From: Minisyncoccia bacterium
Lineage (GTDB): Bacteria > Patescibacteriota > Minisyncoccia > Phycocordibacterales > Phycocordibacteraceae
Length of the DNA: 64,000 bases
Direction: 5' to 3'
Assembly (NCBI GenBank): GCA_050011835.1
Contig: JBEKII010000001.1
Span: 86,473 to 150,472, forward strand
The position numbers and the translations under genes were made by a program. The notes under the pieces are model-generated. The model did not search any database. It was not told where the DNA came from and saw nothing but the letters and a program-made list of their open reading frames with translations. Below, piece after piece: positions 1-9,888 of this stretch. Within the stretch, counting starts at the first letter, position 1. Each line of letters begins with the position of its first letter.

Positions 1-431
1 GCATCGTAAAGCAAAATGTCCGCCGCCATCAGCATGGGATAATTAAATACGCCGGCATTAATTTCTTTATTTTTCGCTTCTGCATCTTTGTATGCGTGCG
101 CGCGCATCAAATATGGCACAGTGGTAATCGTGTCAAAAATCCACGCGAGTTCGGTATGCGCGGGCACGTCCGATTGTTTGAAGAATACGACGTCTTCTGG
201 ACTAAGACCGATAGCGAGATACGCCATAACAACCTCGCGGGTGCGCCGCCGCATTTCTTCGGCGTCTTTAATCGTCGTCATCGCGTGATAATCGGCGACA
301 AAAATAAACGGGCGATATTTTTCTGTTTGTATCAGCTCAACGAACTGGCGCATCGCGCCAAAATAATTCCCGATATGAATATCGCCGGTCGGCTTCACGC
401 CAGAAACGAGAACAGGTCTTGTGTCAGTCAT
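1..431 (-). CDS. trpS: tryptophan--tRNA ligase (N-terminal part; gene continues past window start)
   Basis: Minus-strand ORF with ATG at 429-431 that runs off the window edge. Translation MTDTRPVLVSGVKPTGDIHIGNYFGAMRQFVELIQTEKYRPFIFVADYHAM... shows the class-I HIGH-type motif (TGDIHIGNY) and a TrpRS-like N-terminus. It is absent from the ORF track because it is truncated by the window. Confidence 0.75.
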   Translation of the reverse strand, partial: MTDTRPVLVSGVKPTGDIHIGNYFGAMRQFVELIQTEKYRPFIFVADYHAMTTIKDAEEMRRRTREVVMAYLAIGLSPEDVVFFKQSDVPAHTELAWIFDTITTVPYLMRAHAYKDAEAKNKEINAGVFNYPMLMAADILLYD

Positions 432-459
432 GAAGATATAATATCACGCCTGTCTGCCG

Positions 460-1515
460 TCAGACAGGAAATTCTCTCGCGTAGCGTTCGCAAATTTCTT
501 TGATAAGTCCAGGGCCTTCAAAGACCATGCCGGAGATGAGTTGGATGAGATCGGCGCCGGTGGTGAATTTTTCTATTGCGTCGTCGGGAGTAAGGATACC
601 GCCCACGCCGATGATGGTGAAACGTTTGCCGTAGCGCTCGCGCGTTTTGCGGATAAGGTCGTTTGAAAGCGAAAAACAAGGCGCACCAGAGAGCCCACCG
701 CGAAATTCTTTCGGTGCATCTTCCGGATAGACGAGGTCGCCATACTTTTTATTAAGATTGCCGATAACCAATCCCTGAATCTTATTTTGGTCGGCGATGG
801 CGAGTAGCTCCGCGAACTGCTCCCATGGAACGCTGATGGGCATCTTCAGGTACACCGGTTTATTGCAGGGAACTTCTCGTAACCGCGGCAATAATTGCGC
901 GAGAAGTTTCGGGTCGGTGAATGTTTCGCCGGTGTACGCGTTCGGGCACGAAATATTGATAGTGTAATAATCGCCAATCCCTGCCGCATTTAATTTTTTA
1001 AATGACTCAACGTAGTCGCGTATACCCGCCTCAACGTCAACGGATGCGGCTTTTTCGTTCGTTCGTGCGATTGAGATACCGAGCACAAAACCCGGAACGC
1101 GTGGCGTATGTGAGAGTTTGGCAATGAGCGCATTAACGCCGCGATTGCGGAGTCCTTTGTAGACGACGATGCTTTTGTTGCGGATAAGCCGTATAAATCG
1201 CGGACGCAGATTGCCTTCGCAAACATGCGCCGTTATTGAACCAATTTCTTCGCCACCGAATGAGAGCGAAGGCAATATCTGCATAAGATGCCCATCGGGG
1301 TCAAACCCTGCCGCCAGCAGAATGGGTGTACGATAAGTTATGCCATCAACAACTTTGGAAATATTCCTGTCGTGGTAACTATAAAAAAGTCCGAGAAACC
1401 ATCTTGAAACAGCGAACCGTCCGGCGGTCTCGCCGACAGCCATAAAAAACGCGTGCACCGTATCGGGGCTAAATTTAAATAAAATCGGCTTGAGTAGGCG
1501 ACGGTACAGATTCAT
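460..1515 (-). CDS. pyrD: dihydroorotate dehydrogenase (quinone), class 2
   Basis: 354-aa ORF. The C-terminal motifs GLSGAP...IIGVGGI...GADLIQLISGMVFEGPGL and a hydrophobic N-terminus are typical of membrane-associated class-2 DHODH. The ATG at 1513-1515 (MNLYRRLL) is preferred over the upstream TTG. Confidence 0.8.
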   Translation of the reverse strand: MNLYRRLLKPILFKFSPDTVHAFFMAVGETAGRFAVSRWFLGLFYSYHDRNISKVVDGITYRTPILLAAGFDPDGHLMQILPSLSFGGEEIGSITAHVCEGNLRPRFIRLIRNKSIVVYKGLRNRGVNALIAKLSHTPRVPGFVLGISIARTNEKAASVDVEAGIRDYVESFKKLNAAGIGDYYTINISCPNAYTGETFTDPKLLAQLLPRLREVPCNKPVYLKMPISVPWEQFAELLAIADQNKIQGLVIGNLNKKYGDLVYPEDAPKEFRGGLSGAPCFSLSNDLIRKTRERYGKRFTIIGVGGILTPDDAIEKFTTGADLIQLISGMVFEGPGLIKEICERYAREFPV

Positions 1516-1526
1516 ATAAAACAAAA

Positions 1527-2081
1527 TTATTCAACCGAATACATTCCGGCGTGGCCAGGAATAATGAAATCGGCAAGTTGCAAAACTTTTTGGCGGCTTT
1601 CTTGAAGTTTCTTTGAGTCAGAAGCATAGGAGTCATTTTCTGGATAGTTTTTCCTCCAAAAGACATCACCACAAATGGCGATAGTGCCCTTTTTTGTCTT
1701 TACAAGAAGGGTGAGGCCATCGTAGTTATGGCCTGGAGTTTTAATGATTTTAATATCATCTGTAAAGTCCTCTTTCCAGTCCTTCACTCCTCCCCCATCC
1801 CAAATGCCAAAATATTCTAATGTTTTAGCGCCGGGGAACATCCCAATGTTTCTATAATGATCAACATGGGAATGAGTTATGAAAACGTAATTAACATCAT
1901 TTATTGTTAGTCCTTCTTTCTTTAGGGCATCAATTAAAATTTTTCGGTTATCTAATACGCCGGGATCACAGACCATCACGGTGTTTTTATCTCTAACAAG
2001 AGTAATTGTCGCGCAGGTCTTCTCATCTCCCGCGGAATCAGTGGTTGTATAACCTGGAACTAAAATTTTGACTTTTGCCAT
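1527..2081 (-). CDS. MBL-fold metallo-hydrolase
   Basis: Carries the HxHxDH zinc-binding motif (FITHSHVDH) and a later PGH. The ORF-track N-terminal extension to 2171 overlaps tRNA-Tyr, so the start is placed at the internal ATG (MAKVKILVPGY). Confidence 0.7.
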   Translation of the reverse strand: MAKVKILVPGYTTTDSAGDEKTCATITLVRDKNTVMVCDPGVLDNRKILIDALKKEGLTINDVNYVFITHSHVDHYRNIGMFPGAKTLEYFGIWDGGGVKDWKEDFTDDIKIIKTPGHNYDGLTLLVKTKKGTIAICGDVFWRKNYPENDSYASDSKKLQESRQKVLQLADFIIPGHAGMYSVE

Positions 2082-2093
2082 AATTATTTTTAG

Positions 2094-2177
2094 TGCGCCG
2101 GGTTGGATTCGAACCAACGTAGCCCAGAGGGCGACAGGTTTACAGCCTGTTGCAATTGACCGCTCTGCCACCGACGC
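2094..2177 (-). tRNA. tRNA-Tyr (anticodon GTA), long variable arm
   Basis: Manual fold: acceptor GCGTCGG/CCGGCGC with one G-U pair; D stem GCAG/TTGC; anticodon stem ACAGG/CCTGT with loop CTGTAAA; variable arm GCCC-TCT-GGGC; T arm GTTGG-TTCGAAT-CCAAC; discriminator A. CCA is not encoded. Confidence 0.8.
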
Positions 2178-2217
2178 AATCCGCCTGATTATATCAGTTT
2201 TTTGCTAGAATACACCC

Positions 2218-2718
2218 GTGACTTCAAAAGATATCGCCATAGGCCCGCTTCTTTTCAGGGACATTGAAGAAGTGGTTCATATATATGCGGAAGTGACAAA
2301 TAACATCTATATCGCTTATGGAGAAGTGGCGGAAGGACTGGCGACCCCGACATCTTTCTCAATTAAGGCACCAAAATTATTTCATCAGGAAATGCGTAGG
2401 TCAATTAAGAATAAAGTACGTAAAGTTTATGTTGCTCGGTACGAAGATGCGACGGTTGGCTTCATCTCCTTGGAGATAAAGGAAGCGCCTGCCGGGCATC
2501 GTGAATGCTGGATACGTGACCTCGGCGTTAAAAAACACTTTCGCCGAATGGGAATAGCAAAGCAATTTATGCGTGAGGCATACGCTTTTGGCAAGCGGCA
2601 CAAAGTAAGATATTTCTTCCTTGAATCAGGCGAGCGTAATACGGGAGCGCATCAGTTTTTTAACCGAGAAGGATTTTCTCCTCTCTCAACTATTTTTGTT
2701 AAAAAAGTTGTTAATTGA
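2218..2718 (+). CDS. GNAT family N-acetyltransferase
   Basis: 166-aa plus-strand ORF (GTG start) lying convergent with tyrS. It has an acetyl-CoA-binding-like segment RDLGVKKHFRRMGIAKQFM, fitting the R/Q-x-x-G-x-G/A pattern of GNAT enzymes. Confidence 0.6.
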   Translation: MTSKDIAIGPLLFRDIEEVVHIYAEVTNNIYIAYGEVAEGLATPTSFSIKAPKLFHQEMRRSIKNKVRKVYVARYEDATVGFISLEIKEAPAGHRECWIRDLGVKKHFRRMGIAKQFMREAYAFGKRHKVRYFFLESGERNTGAHQFFNREGFSPLSTIFVKKVVN

Positions 2719-3972
2719 TTATTTTAAAACGAGAATAAGCACGTTTTGCTTGCCTTTGCGCACGAGCGCGTAGCCGCCGGGCAAGTCACCCGGAAAAAGT
2801 TTTTGGTCGGGATTTTCTATCGGGAAGCCGGAGAGCGTAATGCCCTTCCCTTCTATCAAGCGGCGCGCATCTGATTTGGAGGATGCAAGGCCTCCTGCTA
2901 CGAGCGCTTCGGCGAGCGGAGAACCCTTTTCAAGTTCTTGCCGTGTAAATTTCACTGTCGGCGCTTCGGCGAATGCGACGGTGCGCGCTTCGTGCGAAAG
3001 TTCTCTGAAAGACGTATCACCAAAAAGCGCATCGCTCGCGGCGGCAATTTGGGCGGCGGCCGCAGGTCCATGTACGATTTCCGTCACTAGCCGCGCGAGC
3101 GTTTCTTGCGCCTGTCGTTCATCTGGACTGCGGCGATGCAGTTCCATGAGCGCGTCAATTTCGGAAAGCGGCAAAAAAGTATAAACTTCAAGGTATTTTT
3201 CAATATCCGTATCCGGAAGATGCATCCAAAATTGGTAAAAACGAAATGGCGAGGTTTTCTTCGGGTTAAGCCATATTGCGTTTCCTTCTGATTTGCCGAA
3301 TTTCTTGCCGGTTAAATCGGTGATGAGCGGCATGGTGAACGCATACACATTTTTACCTAGCTTTTTATGAATTAAATCAACACCTGACAGAATGTTCGTC
3401 CATTGGTCGGAGGCGCCTACTTGAAGATTGCATCCGTATTTTTGATACAATGTCAAATAATCAAATCCTTGCAAAAGCGCGTAAGTAAATTCAGCATGCG
3501 AAATGCTTTCATCCGGCGTTTCAAGGCGCTTCTTAATAAGGTCGCGTTTAATCAGATCATTGACGGTAAAATACTTGCCAACATCGCGCAGAAATGGCAC
3601 AAGCTTTTCTTTCAAGAGCCAGTCGGCATTGTCAACAATCTTGAATGGCGTGGTGCCGAGAATTTTTTTGAATTGTGCTTTAATCGCTCGAGTATTTTTG
3701 GCGACGGTCTTTTCATCAAGCATCGGACGCTCGCCTTTTTCCTTCGGATCTCCGATCATTCCAGTGCCACCGCCGACGAGAAAGATGAGCTTATGTCCGG
3801 CATCGCCGAGCCGTTTCATCAGAAGAATGGCAGCTAAATTTCCTATTTGCAATGAATCGGCGCTTGGGTCAAATCCGTTGTACACTGTCCGCGGAGCGGA
3901 AAGGATTTGTTCTATTGGTGCGGAGGAGAACTCAACGAGCCCACGCTTTTTCAATTCTTCAGCAAGAGTCAT
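2719..3972 (-). CDS. tyrS: tyrosine--tRNA ligase
   Basis: 417-aa ORF with N-terminal HIGH-region G-FDPSADSLQIGNL, KMSKS-equivalent KFGKS, and a C-terminal S4-like domain (ARRLIEGKGITLSG). Confidence 0.9.
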   Translation of the reverse strand: MTLAEELKKRGLVEFSSAPIEQILSAPRTVYNGFDPSADSLQIGNLAAILLMKRLGDAGHKLIFLVGGGTGMIGDPKEKGERPMLDEKTVAKNTRAIKAQFKKILGTTPFKIVDNADWLLKEKLVPFLRDVGKYFTVNDLIKRDLIKKRLETPDESISHAEFTYALLQGFDYLTLYQKYGCNLQVGASDQWTNILSGVDLIHKKLGKNVYAFTMPLITDLTGKKFGKSEGNAIWLNPKKTSPFRFYQFWMHLPDTDIEKYLEVYTFLPLSEIDALMELHRRSPDERQAQETLARLVTEIVHGPAAAAQIAAASDALFGDTSFRELSHEARTVAFAEAPTVKFTRQELEKGSPLAEALVAGGLASSKSDARRLIEGKGITLSGFPIENPDQKLFPGDLPGGYALVRKGKQNVLILVLK

Positions 3973-4011
3973 GTGAGAATTATACCATTTATGGTGAACA
4001 AAATTGAGTCA

Positions 4012-4533
4012 TTAATGCGCGAAAAATAAGAGACCGACAGCAGGTCCAGAAAACCACCAGAAGAAATACTTCTCCGGCGTAAAGAGCGCGGCGACGGCTG
4101 GGGTAAATTGATATATTGGGGATAGAGAGAAAACATGATATGCAATCGCAATGAGAAAAGCCGCGCCGAGGAACGAAAGCGCGGCGAGTCCAATTTTTCC
4201 AATGTAAAGAAAATCAGAAATAATAACGTGCCGCAAAATTATGAAGAATATAAGCACAAAGGCGATATAAAGGCCAGCATGCGCGAGAAAGGCGGTAAGA
4301 GCGGGCGTTACTGGAAGAAGTGATGTATAGGGAAATGTGACATAGATTGCATATGCGGCGTAGAACGCGAAGAGGAGCCCGACAAACGGACCGTGCCCGA
4401 TATACCATGCAAAAAGAAAAAGAATAACAAGTAGCACGAGCACGATAAAGAAATCGTTTGCCATCGCCCACGCCGAAAGCGCCGTGTGCGTTGCGAGCGT
4501 GCTTATATGTGTGATGCTATCAGTAGTAGTCAT
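4012..4533 (-). CDS. hypothetical polytopic membrane protein
   Basis: 173-aa ORF with 5-6 predicted hydrophobic helices, in an operon position between the HAD hydrolase and tyrS. No recognisable motif. Confidence 0.5.
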   Translation of the reverse strand: MTTTDSITHISTLATHTALSAWAMANDFFIVLVLLVILFLFAWYIGHGPFVGLLFAFYAAYAIYVTFPYTSLLPVTPALTAFLAHAGLYIAFVLIFFIILRHVIISDFLYIGKIGLAALSFLGAAFLIAIAYHVFSLSPIYQFTPAVAALFTPEKYFFWWFSGPAVGLLFFAH

Positions 4534-4546
4534 GTTAATAACAGTA

Positions 4547-5155
4547 TCATAAGGATATCCCGATATTTTTCAGGTCTGCGACAAGTTGTTCATTATTTTT
4601 GAATAAGACAGAAACATAACCGATTTCACTCGCTTTCTCTAAACTCCTGGATGAATCGTCAATAAAAATTACTTCTTCAGGCTGAAGATCAAGTTTTTCA
4701 AATAATACTTGAAATGCTTCTTTGTGAGGTTTTTGAAATCCTATTTCGCCGGAAATAACGATAACATCTACTAATTCGGCTATCCCGTTCAGATTTAATT
4801 TTTCTCTTAATTCTGAAGTCGCGTTACTTAAAATCCCAATCTTCAATCCCAATTGTCGTAATTTCGGGAATAAAGCGATTAAACCGGTGTTAATTTTTCC
4901 TTCTGAATGATGCGCCCGCACCATTGAAATGATTTCATTTTCCTTTTCTGTACTGACATTAAAAACTGATAGAACTTTTCGAAACATCTCGTACCAGTCA
5001 AGATTCATCACATTTGCGAGATGGTTGTGCTGAAAATAGACATTTTTAAATTCGTCATGCGGAACACCTAACAATTTAGCAGTGCTTTTCAAAGCTCCTT
5101 CATTTTCATACAGTTCTATGACACCACCAAAATCAAAAACTATTGCTTTTATCAT
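4547..5155 (-). CDS. HAD family hydrolase
   Basis: N-terminal DxG motif (IVFDFGGVI), a later SNA...K...IDDS pattern (ILSNATS, FIDDSSRSL). ~200 aa, typical HAD-IA phosphatase architecture. Confidence 0.75.
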   Translation of the reverse strand: MIKAIVFDFGGVIELYENEGALKSTAKLLGVPHDEFKNVYFQHNHLANVMNLDWYEMFRKVLSVFNVSTEKENEIISMVRAHHSEGKINTGLIALFPKLRQLGLKIGILSNATSELREKLNLNGIAELVDVIVISGEIGFQKPHKEAFQVLFEKLDLQPEEVIFIDDSSRSLEKASEIGYVSVLFKNNEQLVADLKNIGISL

Positions 5156-5163
5156 GAGTTATT

Positions 5164-6255
5164 CTAGAGCCCTTCGGTTTTTAAATCCTCAACTGCTTTT
5201 TTCGCCTTGCCCGAAAGTTTCTGTGGGAATGCGGTTTCCAAACGGATAATGAGATCGCCGCGGCCGCTTTCGCTCGGAATACCTTTTCCCGCGATACGCA
5301 AAAGTTCTTCCGCGCGCTTCATCGGCGGAATTTTTACTTCCAACATTTTCCCCTCCAATGTTTCAATAGAAGCAATAGTGCCGAGAAGCGCATCGGTAAG
5401 CTTCAGCGGCAATCGCATAACCAGATTTAATCCTTCGCGGCGGAAAACTGAATGCGGCTTCACATGGACTTTCACATACAAATCGCCGGCGACGCCTGTT
5501 TTGACCGCTTCTCCCTGCTGCGGCAGACGTATCATTCCACCATTATCAATTCCCGCCGGGATGTTTATATGGATTTCCTCTTCTTTACGCCGTGTGCCAC
5601 GGCCCTTGCATTCCGGACACTTTTCTTTCGGCACTTTACCTTTTCCATCGCAGGCGGTGCAGACGCGCACAGAGGTAAATTGCCCGAGGATGGAGTTACG
5701 CGTTTCGTGGACACGGCCACTACCGTTACAAATTGCGCACGTTTCAAACTCGGTGTCGGATTTTGCTCCGGTACCGCGGCAGAGAGGACACGTTGAGATT
5801 TTCGCGATTAAGACATTTCGCATTGTGCCAAATGCTGCTTCCTTGAATGAAATTTCCAGGTCAAGGGAAATATCGCGGCCCCTCGTTGCCGCTCGGGACG
5901 TTCCGCCGCGCCTACCGCCGAATATATCGCCAAAAATATCGCCGAAATCAAACTCCATTCCTCCTTGTCCGAAACCTTGTTGGAACTGAGAGAAATCAAA
6001 TCCCGAGAATGGACTACCTTGCCCTCCCGAAGGCCCTGAGGCTCCTGCAAAGGACTGACCATACATGTCATACTCGCGACGCTTCTTGTCATCGCTTAAG
6101 ACCGCATAGGCCTCGGTGATTTCTTTAAACTTTGATTCGTCCGTACCGCCTTTGTCGGGATGATATTTGAGCGCAAGACGCCGGAACGCTTTTTTAATAT
6201 CGTCCTTAGTCGCCTTCTTATCAACGCCCAATACGTTGTAATAATCTTTCGCCAT
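5164..6255 (-). CDS. dnaJ: molecular chaperone DnaJ
   Basis: J-domain with HPD (KYHPDKGG), G/F-rich linker, four CxxCxGxG zinc-finger repeats ([32 protein letters not shown]) and a C-terminal substrate-binding domain. An AGGAGG RBS lies upstream. Confidence 0.9.
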   Translation of the reverse strand: MAKDYYNVLGVDKKATKDDIKKAFRRLALKYHPDKGGTDESKFKEITEAYAVLSDDKKRREYDMYGQSFAGASGPSGGQGSPFSGFDFSQFQQGFGQGGMEFDFGDIFGDIFGGRRGGTSRAATRGRDISLDLEISFKEAAFGTMRNVLIAKISTCPLCRGTGAKSDTEFETCAICNGSGRVHETRNSILGQFTSVRVCTACDGKGKVPKEKCPECKGRGTRRKEEEIHINIPAGIDNGGMIRLPQQGEAVKTGVAGDLYVKVHVKPHSVFRREGLNLVMRLPLKLTDALLGTIASIETLEGKMLEVKIPPMKRAEELLRIAGKGIPSESGRGDLIIRLETAFPQKLSGKAKKAVEDLKTEGL

Positions 6256-6286
6256 AATTTACAATTATACGCCTCCTGCTTTTTGT

Positions 6287-6330
6287 ATGCAAAACAAAAG
6301 TTCCAGGCGCTATCTGCTTGCGCCTGGAAC
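6287..6330 (-). terminator. rho-independent terminator/attenuator between small ORF and dnaJ
   Basis: Perfect 11-bp stem GTTCCAGGCGC/GCGCCTGGAAC with a 9-nt loop. Read on the minus strand it is followed by TTTTGTTTTG, then the AGGAGG RBS of dnaJ. Confidence 0.55.
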
Positions 6331-6349
6331 TCGACACCCCCCTCGTCAA

Positions 6350-6493
6350 TTATTGTCCAAGATGACGACGAAGCCAAGCCTGACCACCCTTAATGATCTT
6401 TGACTGTTGGTAAGAAGCGTAGCTAGAGAACACAAATGCTAATCCGCATACTACAACACCAACGACAACAAGAGTTTTCAATAACGTATCCAT
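6350..6493 (-). CDS. small hypothetical membrane protein (47 aa)
   Basis: MDTLLKTLVVVGVVVCGLAFVFSSYASYQQSK..., a single TM helix. GGAAG lies upstream of the ATG. It sits between dnaK and dnaJ. Confidence 0.35.
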   Translation of the reverse strand: MDTLLKTLVVVGVVVCGLAFVFSSYASYQQSKIIKGGQAWLRRHLGQ

Positions 6494-6568
6494 ATGAACT
6501 TCCTTTCTTTTAACGGAATATTTGATCTGTCTGCTTACATTATATATACAAACCAATTAAACTGTCAA

Positions 6569-6607
6569 GCCCCCGCGGCGCGAAGCGCTGCGGGGGCTTA
6601 TTTTCCT
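6569..6607. terminator. GC-rich hairpin terminator downstream of dnaK
   Basis: GCCCCCGC-GGCGCGAAGCGC-TGCGGGGGC stem-loop, followed on the plus strand by TTATTTT and on the minus strand by a T-containing run. It lies between the dnaK 3' end (6621) and the small ORF. Confidence 0.5.
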
Positions 6608-6620
6608 ATTGTTTTGATGA

Positions 6621-8484
6621 TTACGGTTTTTCTTTAAATTCCGCATCCACAGGCCCGGTGGATTCAGGAGGATTTTGTCCACCACTATCGCCCGAAGGCG
6701 GAGTTTGGTTCTTCATCATCGCCTCGCCGATTTTCATAAGCATTTGCGAGAGCGCGTCAGTCGCGCCTTTAATCGTTGACGGATCTTCGCTATTGCGTGC
6801 CGTCTTCAGAGCGTCAATTTTATCCTGCACCTCCTTCACCACTTCGGCACCGGCCTTTGCGCCATTTTCTCTTATCGCCTTTTCGGCTGCATAAATAGCT
6901 TGGTCGGCAATGTTGCGCGCTTCAACAAGTTCTTTACGTTTCTCATCGTCCGCCGTATGCGCTTCGGCATCGGCTTTCATTTTTTCAATATCGTCTTTAG
7001 AAAGTCCAGTTGAGCCGGTAATCTTTATTGATTGTTCTTTGCCGGTCGTTTTTTCTTTTGCTTTCAATGTCAAACGTCACTTCAATTTGCGGCATGCCGC
7101 GCGGCGCCGGCGGTATTCCATCCAACATAAATTTCCCGAGCGATTTGTTATCGGCGCTCATGGCGCGCTCGCCCTGCGTGATGTGAATCTCAACCGAGGG
7201 CTGATTATCTGCCGCGGTGGAAAAAGTTTGCGTGCGACTGGTTGGGATCGCCGTGTTGCGCTCAATGATTTTCGTCGCAACGCCACCCATTGTCTCTATG
7301 GCGAGCGAGAGCGGAATGACATCCACGAGCAAAATATCTTTGACATCGCCCTGGAGAATGCCCGCCTGAATGGCGGCGCCGACGGCGACCACTTCGTCCG
7401 GATTGACGCTCATATTCGGCTTCTTGCCGAAGAACTTCTCAACCTGCGCCTGGATCGCGGGCATACGCGTTTGGCCGCCAACGAGAATAACTTCGTTAAT
7501 TTCTCCTATTTTAAAAGGTGAGGCCTCCATCGCGCGCCTCGTGATAGTCATTGCGCGTTCAATGAATTCGCCCGCGAGGTCTTCAAGTTTCGCACGTGTC
7601 ATCTTAATGAGCATGTGGCGCGGGCCGGAGGCGTCGCTCGTGAGGAATGGAATATTAATTTCCGTTTCCATCGCACTAGAGAGTTCTATCTTCGCCTTTT
7701 CGGCGGCTTCGTCCAAGCGCTGGCGCGCGAGCGCGTCGGAACGCACATCAATGCCGCTTTCCCTTTTAAACTCATCCGCGAGCCAGTTGATAATTTTTTG
7801 GTCAATGTCCTTGCCGCCCAGATGCGCATCACCGTCGGTACTTTTCACTTCAATCACGTCACCGCCCACATCAAGCACGGAGATGTCAAACGTGCCGCCG
7901 CCGAAATCAAAGACCGCGATTTTCTCATCTTTTTTCTTGTTGAAACCGTACGCGAGCGCGGCCGCCGTCGGCTCATTAATAATGCGCTTGACTTCAAGGC
8001 CGGCAATCTGCCCCGCGGCCTTGGTCGCGCTGCGCTGGTCGTCGTTAAAATATGCAGGAACAGTGATGACCGCCTCGGTTATTTTTTCGCCCAGTTTCGC
8101 TTCGGCATCGGTTTTTAATTTTCCGAGGATCATCGCCGAAATTTCTTCGGGGCGGTACCATTTGTCCGTCATTTTTACTTCAATGCCGCCGTTGTCGGTC
8201 TTGCGCATTTCAAAAGGAACTGCAGCCCTATCCTTCTGGACCGCCGGCTCATCAAAACGATGGCCAATAAAGCGCTTGATTTGATAGATGGTGTTGAGCG
8301 GATTCGTAACCGATTGTCGCTTGGCAAGCGTGCCGACGATGCGCTCGCTATTCTTCCCTACCGCGACGATAGAAGGAGTCGTGCGCGCGCCCTCGGCATT
8401 CTCCAGGACACGCGGCTCGCCGCCTTCCACAATCGCCATCGCAGAATTCGTCGTGCCTAAATCAATGCCAAGAATTTTTGCCAT
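6621..8484 (-). CDS. dnaK: molecular chaperone DnaK, split by an apparent 1-nt frameshift (ORF pieces 6997..8484 and 6621..7073)
   Basis: The N-terminal piece reads [24 protein letters not shown]... through ...[16 protein letters not shown]. The C-terminal piece continues [33 protein letters not shown]... The frames switch inside the minus-strand A-rich run GAAAGCAAAAGAAAAAACG around 7047-7060. Confidence 0.85.
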
Positions 8485-8509
8485 ATGTTTTTAAAGTTAT
8501 AGATATATT

Positions 8510-9055
8510 TTACGCCTTTTGTTCATCACTTGCAAAGTGTGCGATGCGGACTTTTGCAGGACGAATAACAAAATCGCCTACTTCCCATCCCTTCTCTAAT
8601 ACGGCGGTAATGGTATCGTCTGTTTCAGCATTTTCTGTCGGGTCCTGCGCGAACGCTTCGTGCAATGCGGGATCAAACGGTTCGCCAACTTTCCCTATTT
8701 CCTTCAATCCAAGTGTTGCGAATGCGTTTTCAATCTGTCGGGCAATCGCCAAGAACCCTTCCGGGATTTCGCCGTGCTCCTTTGCCCTTTCTAGCGCATC
8801 AAACGCTGGCAGAAGCGTTTCCACTGCTTTTATTTTCCCGCGCAACTCCGACGCTTTAGCGTCTCCCTCAAATCTTTTCAGCGCATTCACATAATCCGCT
8901 TTCGCCCTCTGCCAACCATCCATATACTCCTGCTTCTCCTTCCGGCACACATTCAGCTCTTCCCGCATCTTCGCGATTTTTTGTTCCGGCTTTTCTTCCG
9001 CGCCCTCCTCTTCGTGTTCCGGCTCTACGACAACATCATCTTTTTCTTCACCCAT
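8510..9055 (-). CDS. grpE: nucleotide exchange factor GrpE
   Basis: 181-aa ORF with an acidic N-terminus, a coiled-coil region and a C-terminal beta domain (LEKGWEVGDFVIRPAKV). It lies immediately upstream of dnaK on the same strand. Confidence 0.85.
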   Translation of the reverse strand: MGEEKDDVVVEPEHEEEGAEEKPEQKIAKMREELNVCRKEKQEYMDGWQRAKADYVNALKRFEGDAKASELRGKIKAVETLLPAFDALERAKEHGEIPEGFLAIARQIENAFATLGLKEIGKVGEPFDPALHEAFAQDPTENAETDDTITAVLEKGWEVGDFVIRPAKVRIAHFASDEQKA

Positions 9056-9169
9056 CTTTCCAGTATGCCTGAAAATATTTTGTTAGTCAAAACACAAAGG
9101 CCACGGAATACCTTTCAACATCCGCGGCCTGTTCTACTTAGCTAAACTTATAACCGAGGGGGAAATATA

Positions 9170-9424
9170 TCATCTCGGGGTACAAACCACTTCTTCTACG
9201 GGATATACAGGCTGTACCAAGGCATTTAGATGGATTGCGGTTATTCGGTTACCACAAAACGAGAGTTCCATTTGGCCCCGCGTCCGCAACCAAAAATTCG
9301 GTCGTCCAAAGAATTCAAAACCGTTTTCCTTAAGCCACTGTCCCGCAAGATCTGGGGATTTAAACGGCCCAACATTCCCGTGATGCTCACGAGTTATTCC
9401 GTCCTCAATATATATGATGTGCAT
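9170..9424 (-). CDS. hypothetical protein (84 aa)
   Basis: A strong RBS AAAGGAGGAG sits 5 nt upstream of the ATG. It lies downstream of rpsI. No recognisable motif. Confidence 0.55.
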   Translation of the reverse strand: MHIIYIEDGITREHHGNVGPFKSPDLAGQWLKENGFEFFGRPNFWLRTRGQMELSFCGNRITAIHLNALVQPVYPVEEVVCTPR

Positions 9425-9491
9425 GTCTCTCCTCCTTTCTTCGTTTTTCTTCGTCTATTTATATTTAATAACACTTATAAATAAAAAGCAA

Positions 9492-9887
9492 CTAGCGTTT
9501 GCTCCACTGTGGTGCCTTCCTTGCTTTCTTGAGGCCCGGCTTTTTGCGTTCCTTAGCGCGCGGGTCGCGCTTGAGGAAATGAGCGGCCTTGAGAACCGCG
9601 CGCGTTTTCGGTTCCGCTTTAATTAACGCGCGAGAAATAGCGTGGCGTAGCGCATCAGCTTGCGCGGCAACGCCACCGCCCTCCACATGCGCGATGACCA
9701 CATAATGTTCGGCGCTTTCGGCTATTGAAAGCGCTTCTTCGGCGACTTTCGCGCGCTCATTCGTTCTGAAATAATCCTTTGCACTTTTCCCGTTTACTAA
9801 AACGCTATTCTTCTCGGCAGGAATCATGCGCACGCTTGCGATGGCGGCCTTCCGGCGTCCGACGGCGGTGATAAAGTTCGTTGCCAT
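9492..9887 (-). CDS. rpsI: 30S ribosomal protein S9
   Basis: MATNFITAVGRRKAAIASV...GGGVAAQADALRHAISRAL...PQWSKR, the canonical S9 C-terminus. Confidence 0.9.
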   Translation of the reverse strand: MATNFITAVGRRKAAIASVRMIPAEKNSVLVNGKSAKDYFRTNERAKVAEEALSIAESAEHYVVIAHVEGGGVAAQADALRHAISRALIKAEPKTRAVLKAAHFLKRDPRAKERKKPGLKKARKAPQWSKR

Positions 9888-9888
9888 A

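Noticed and set aside
1527-2171. ORF-track N-terminal extension of the MBL hydrolase (MAERSIATGCKPVALW...) overlapping 2094..2177
   Set aside because: The extension is the reverse complement of tRNA-Tyr. The real start is the internal ATG at 2081.
5207-5989. 260-aa plus-strand ORF antisense to dnaJ, with similar antisense ORFs opposite dnaK (7370..8284), rpoA, leuS, uvrA and uvrB
   Set aside because: They are low-complexity, lack an RBS, and sit fully inside well-supported minus-strand genes. These are typical antisense read-throughs.
9056-9169. CIRCE/HrcA operator upstream of grpE
   Set aside because: No TTAGCACTC-N9-GAGTGCTAA-like inverted repeat is present. Only a weak 5-bp CCGAG/CTCGG repeat and a plausible TTGACT-18-ATACTG promoter were seen.
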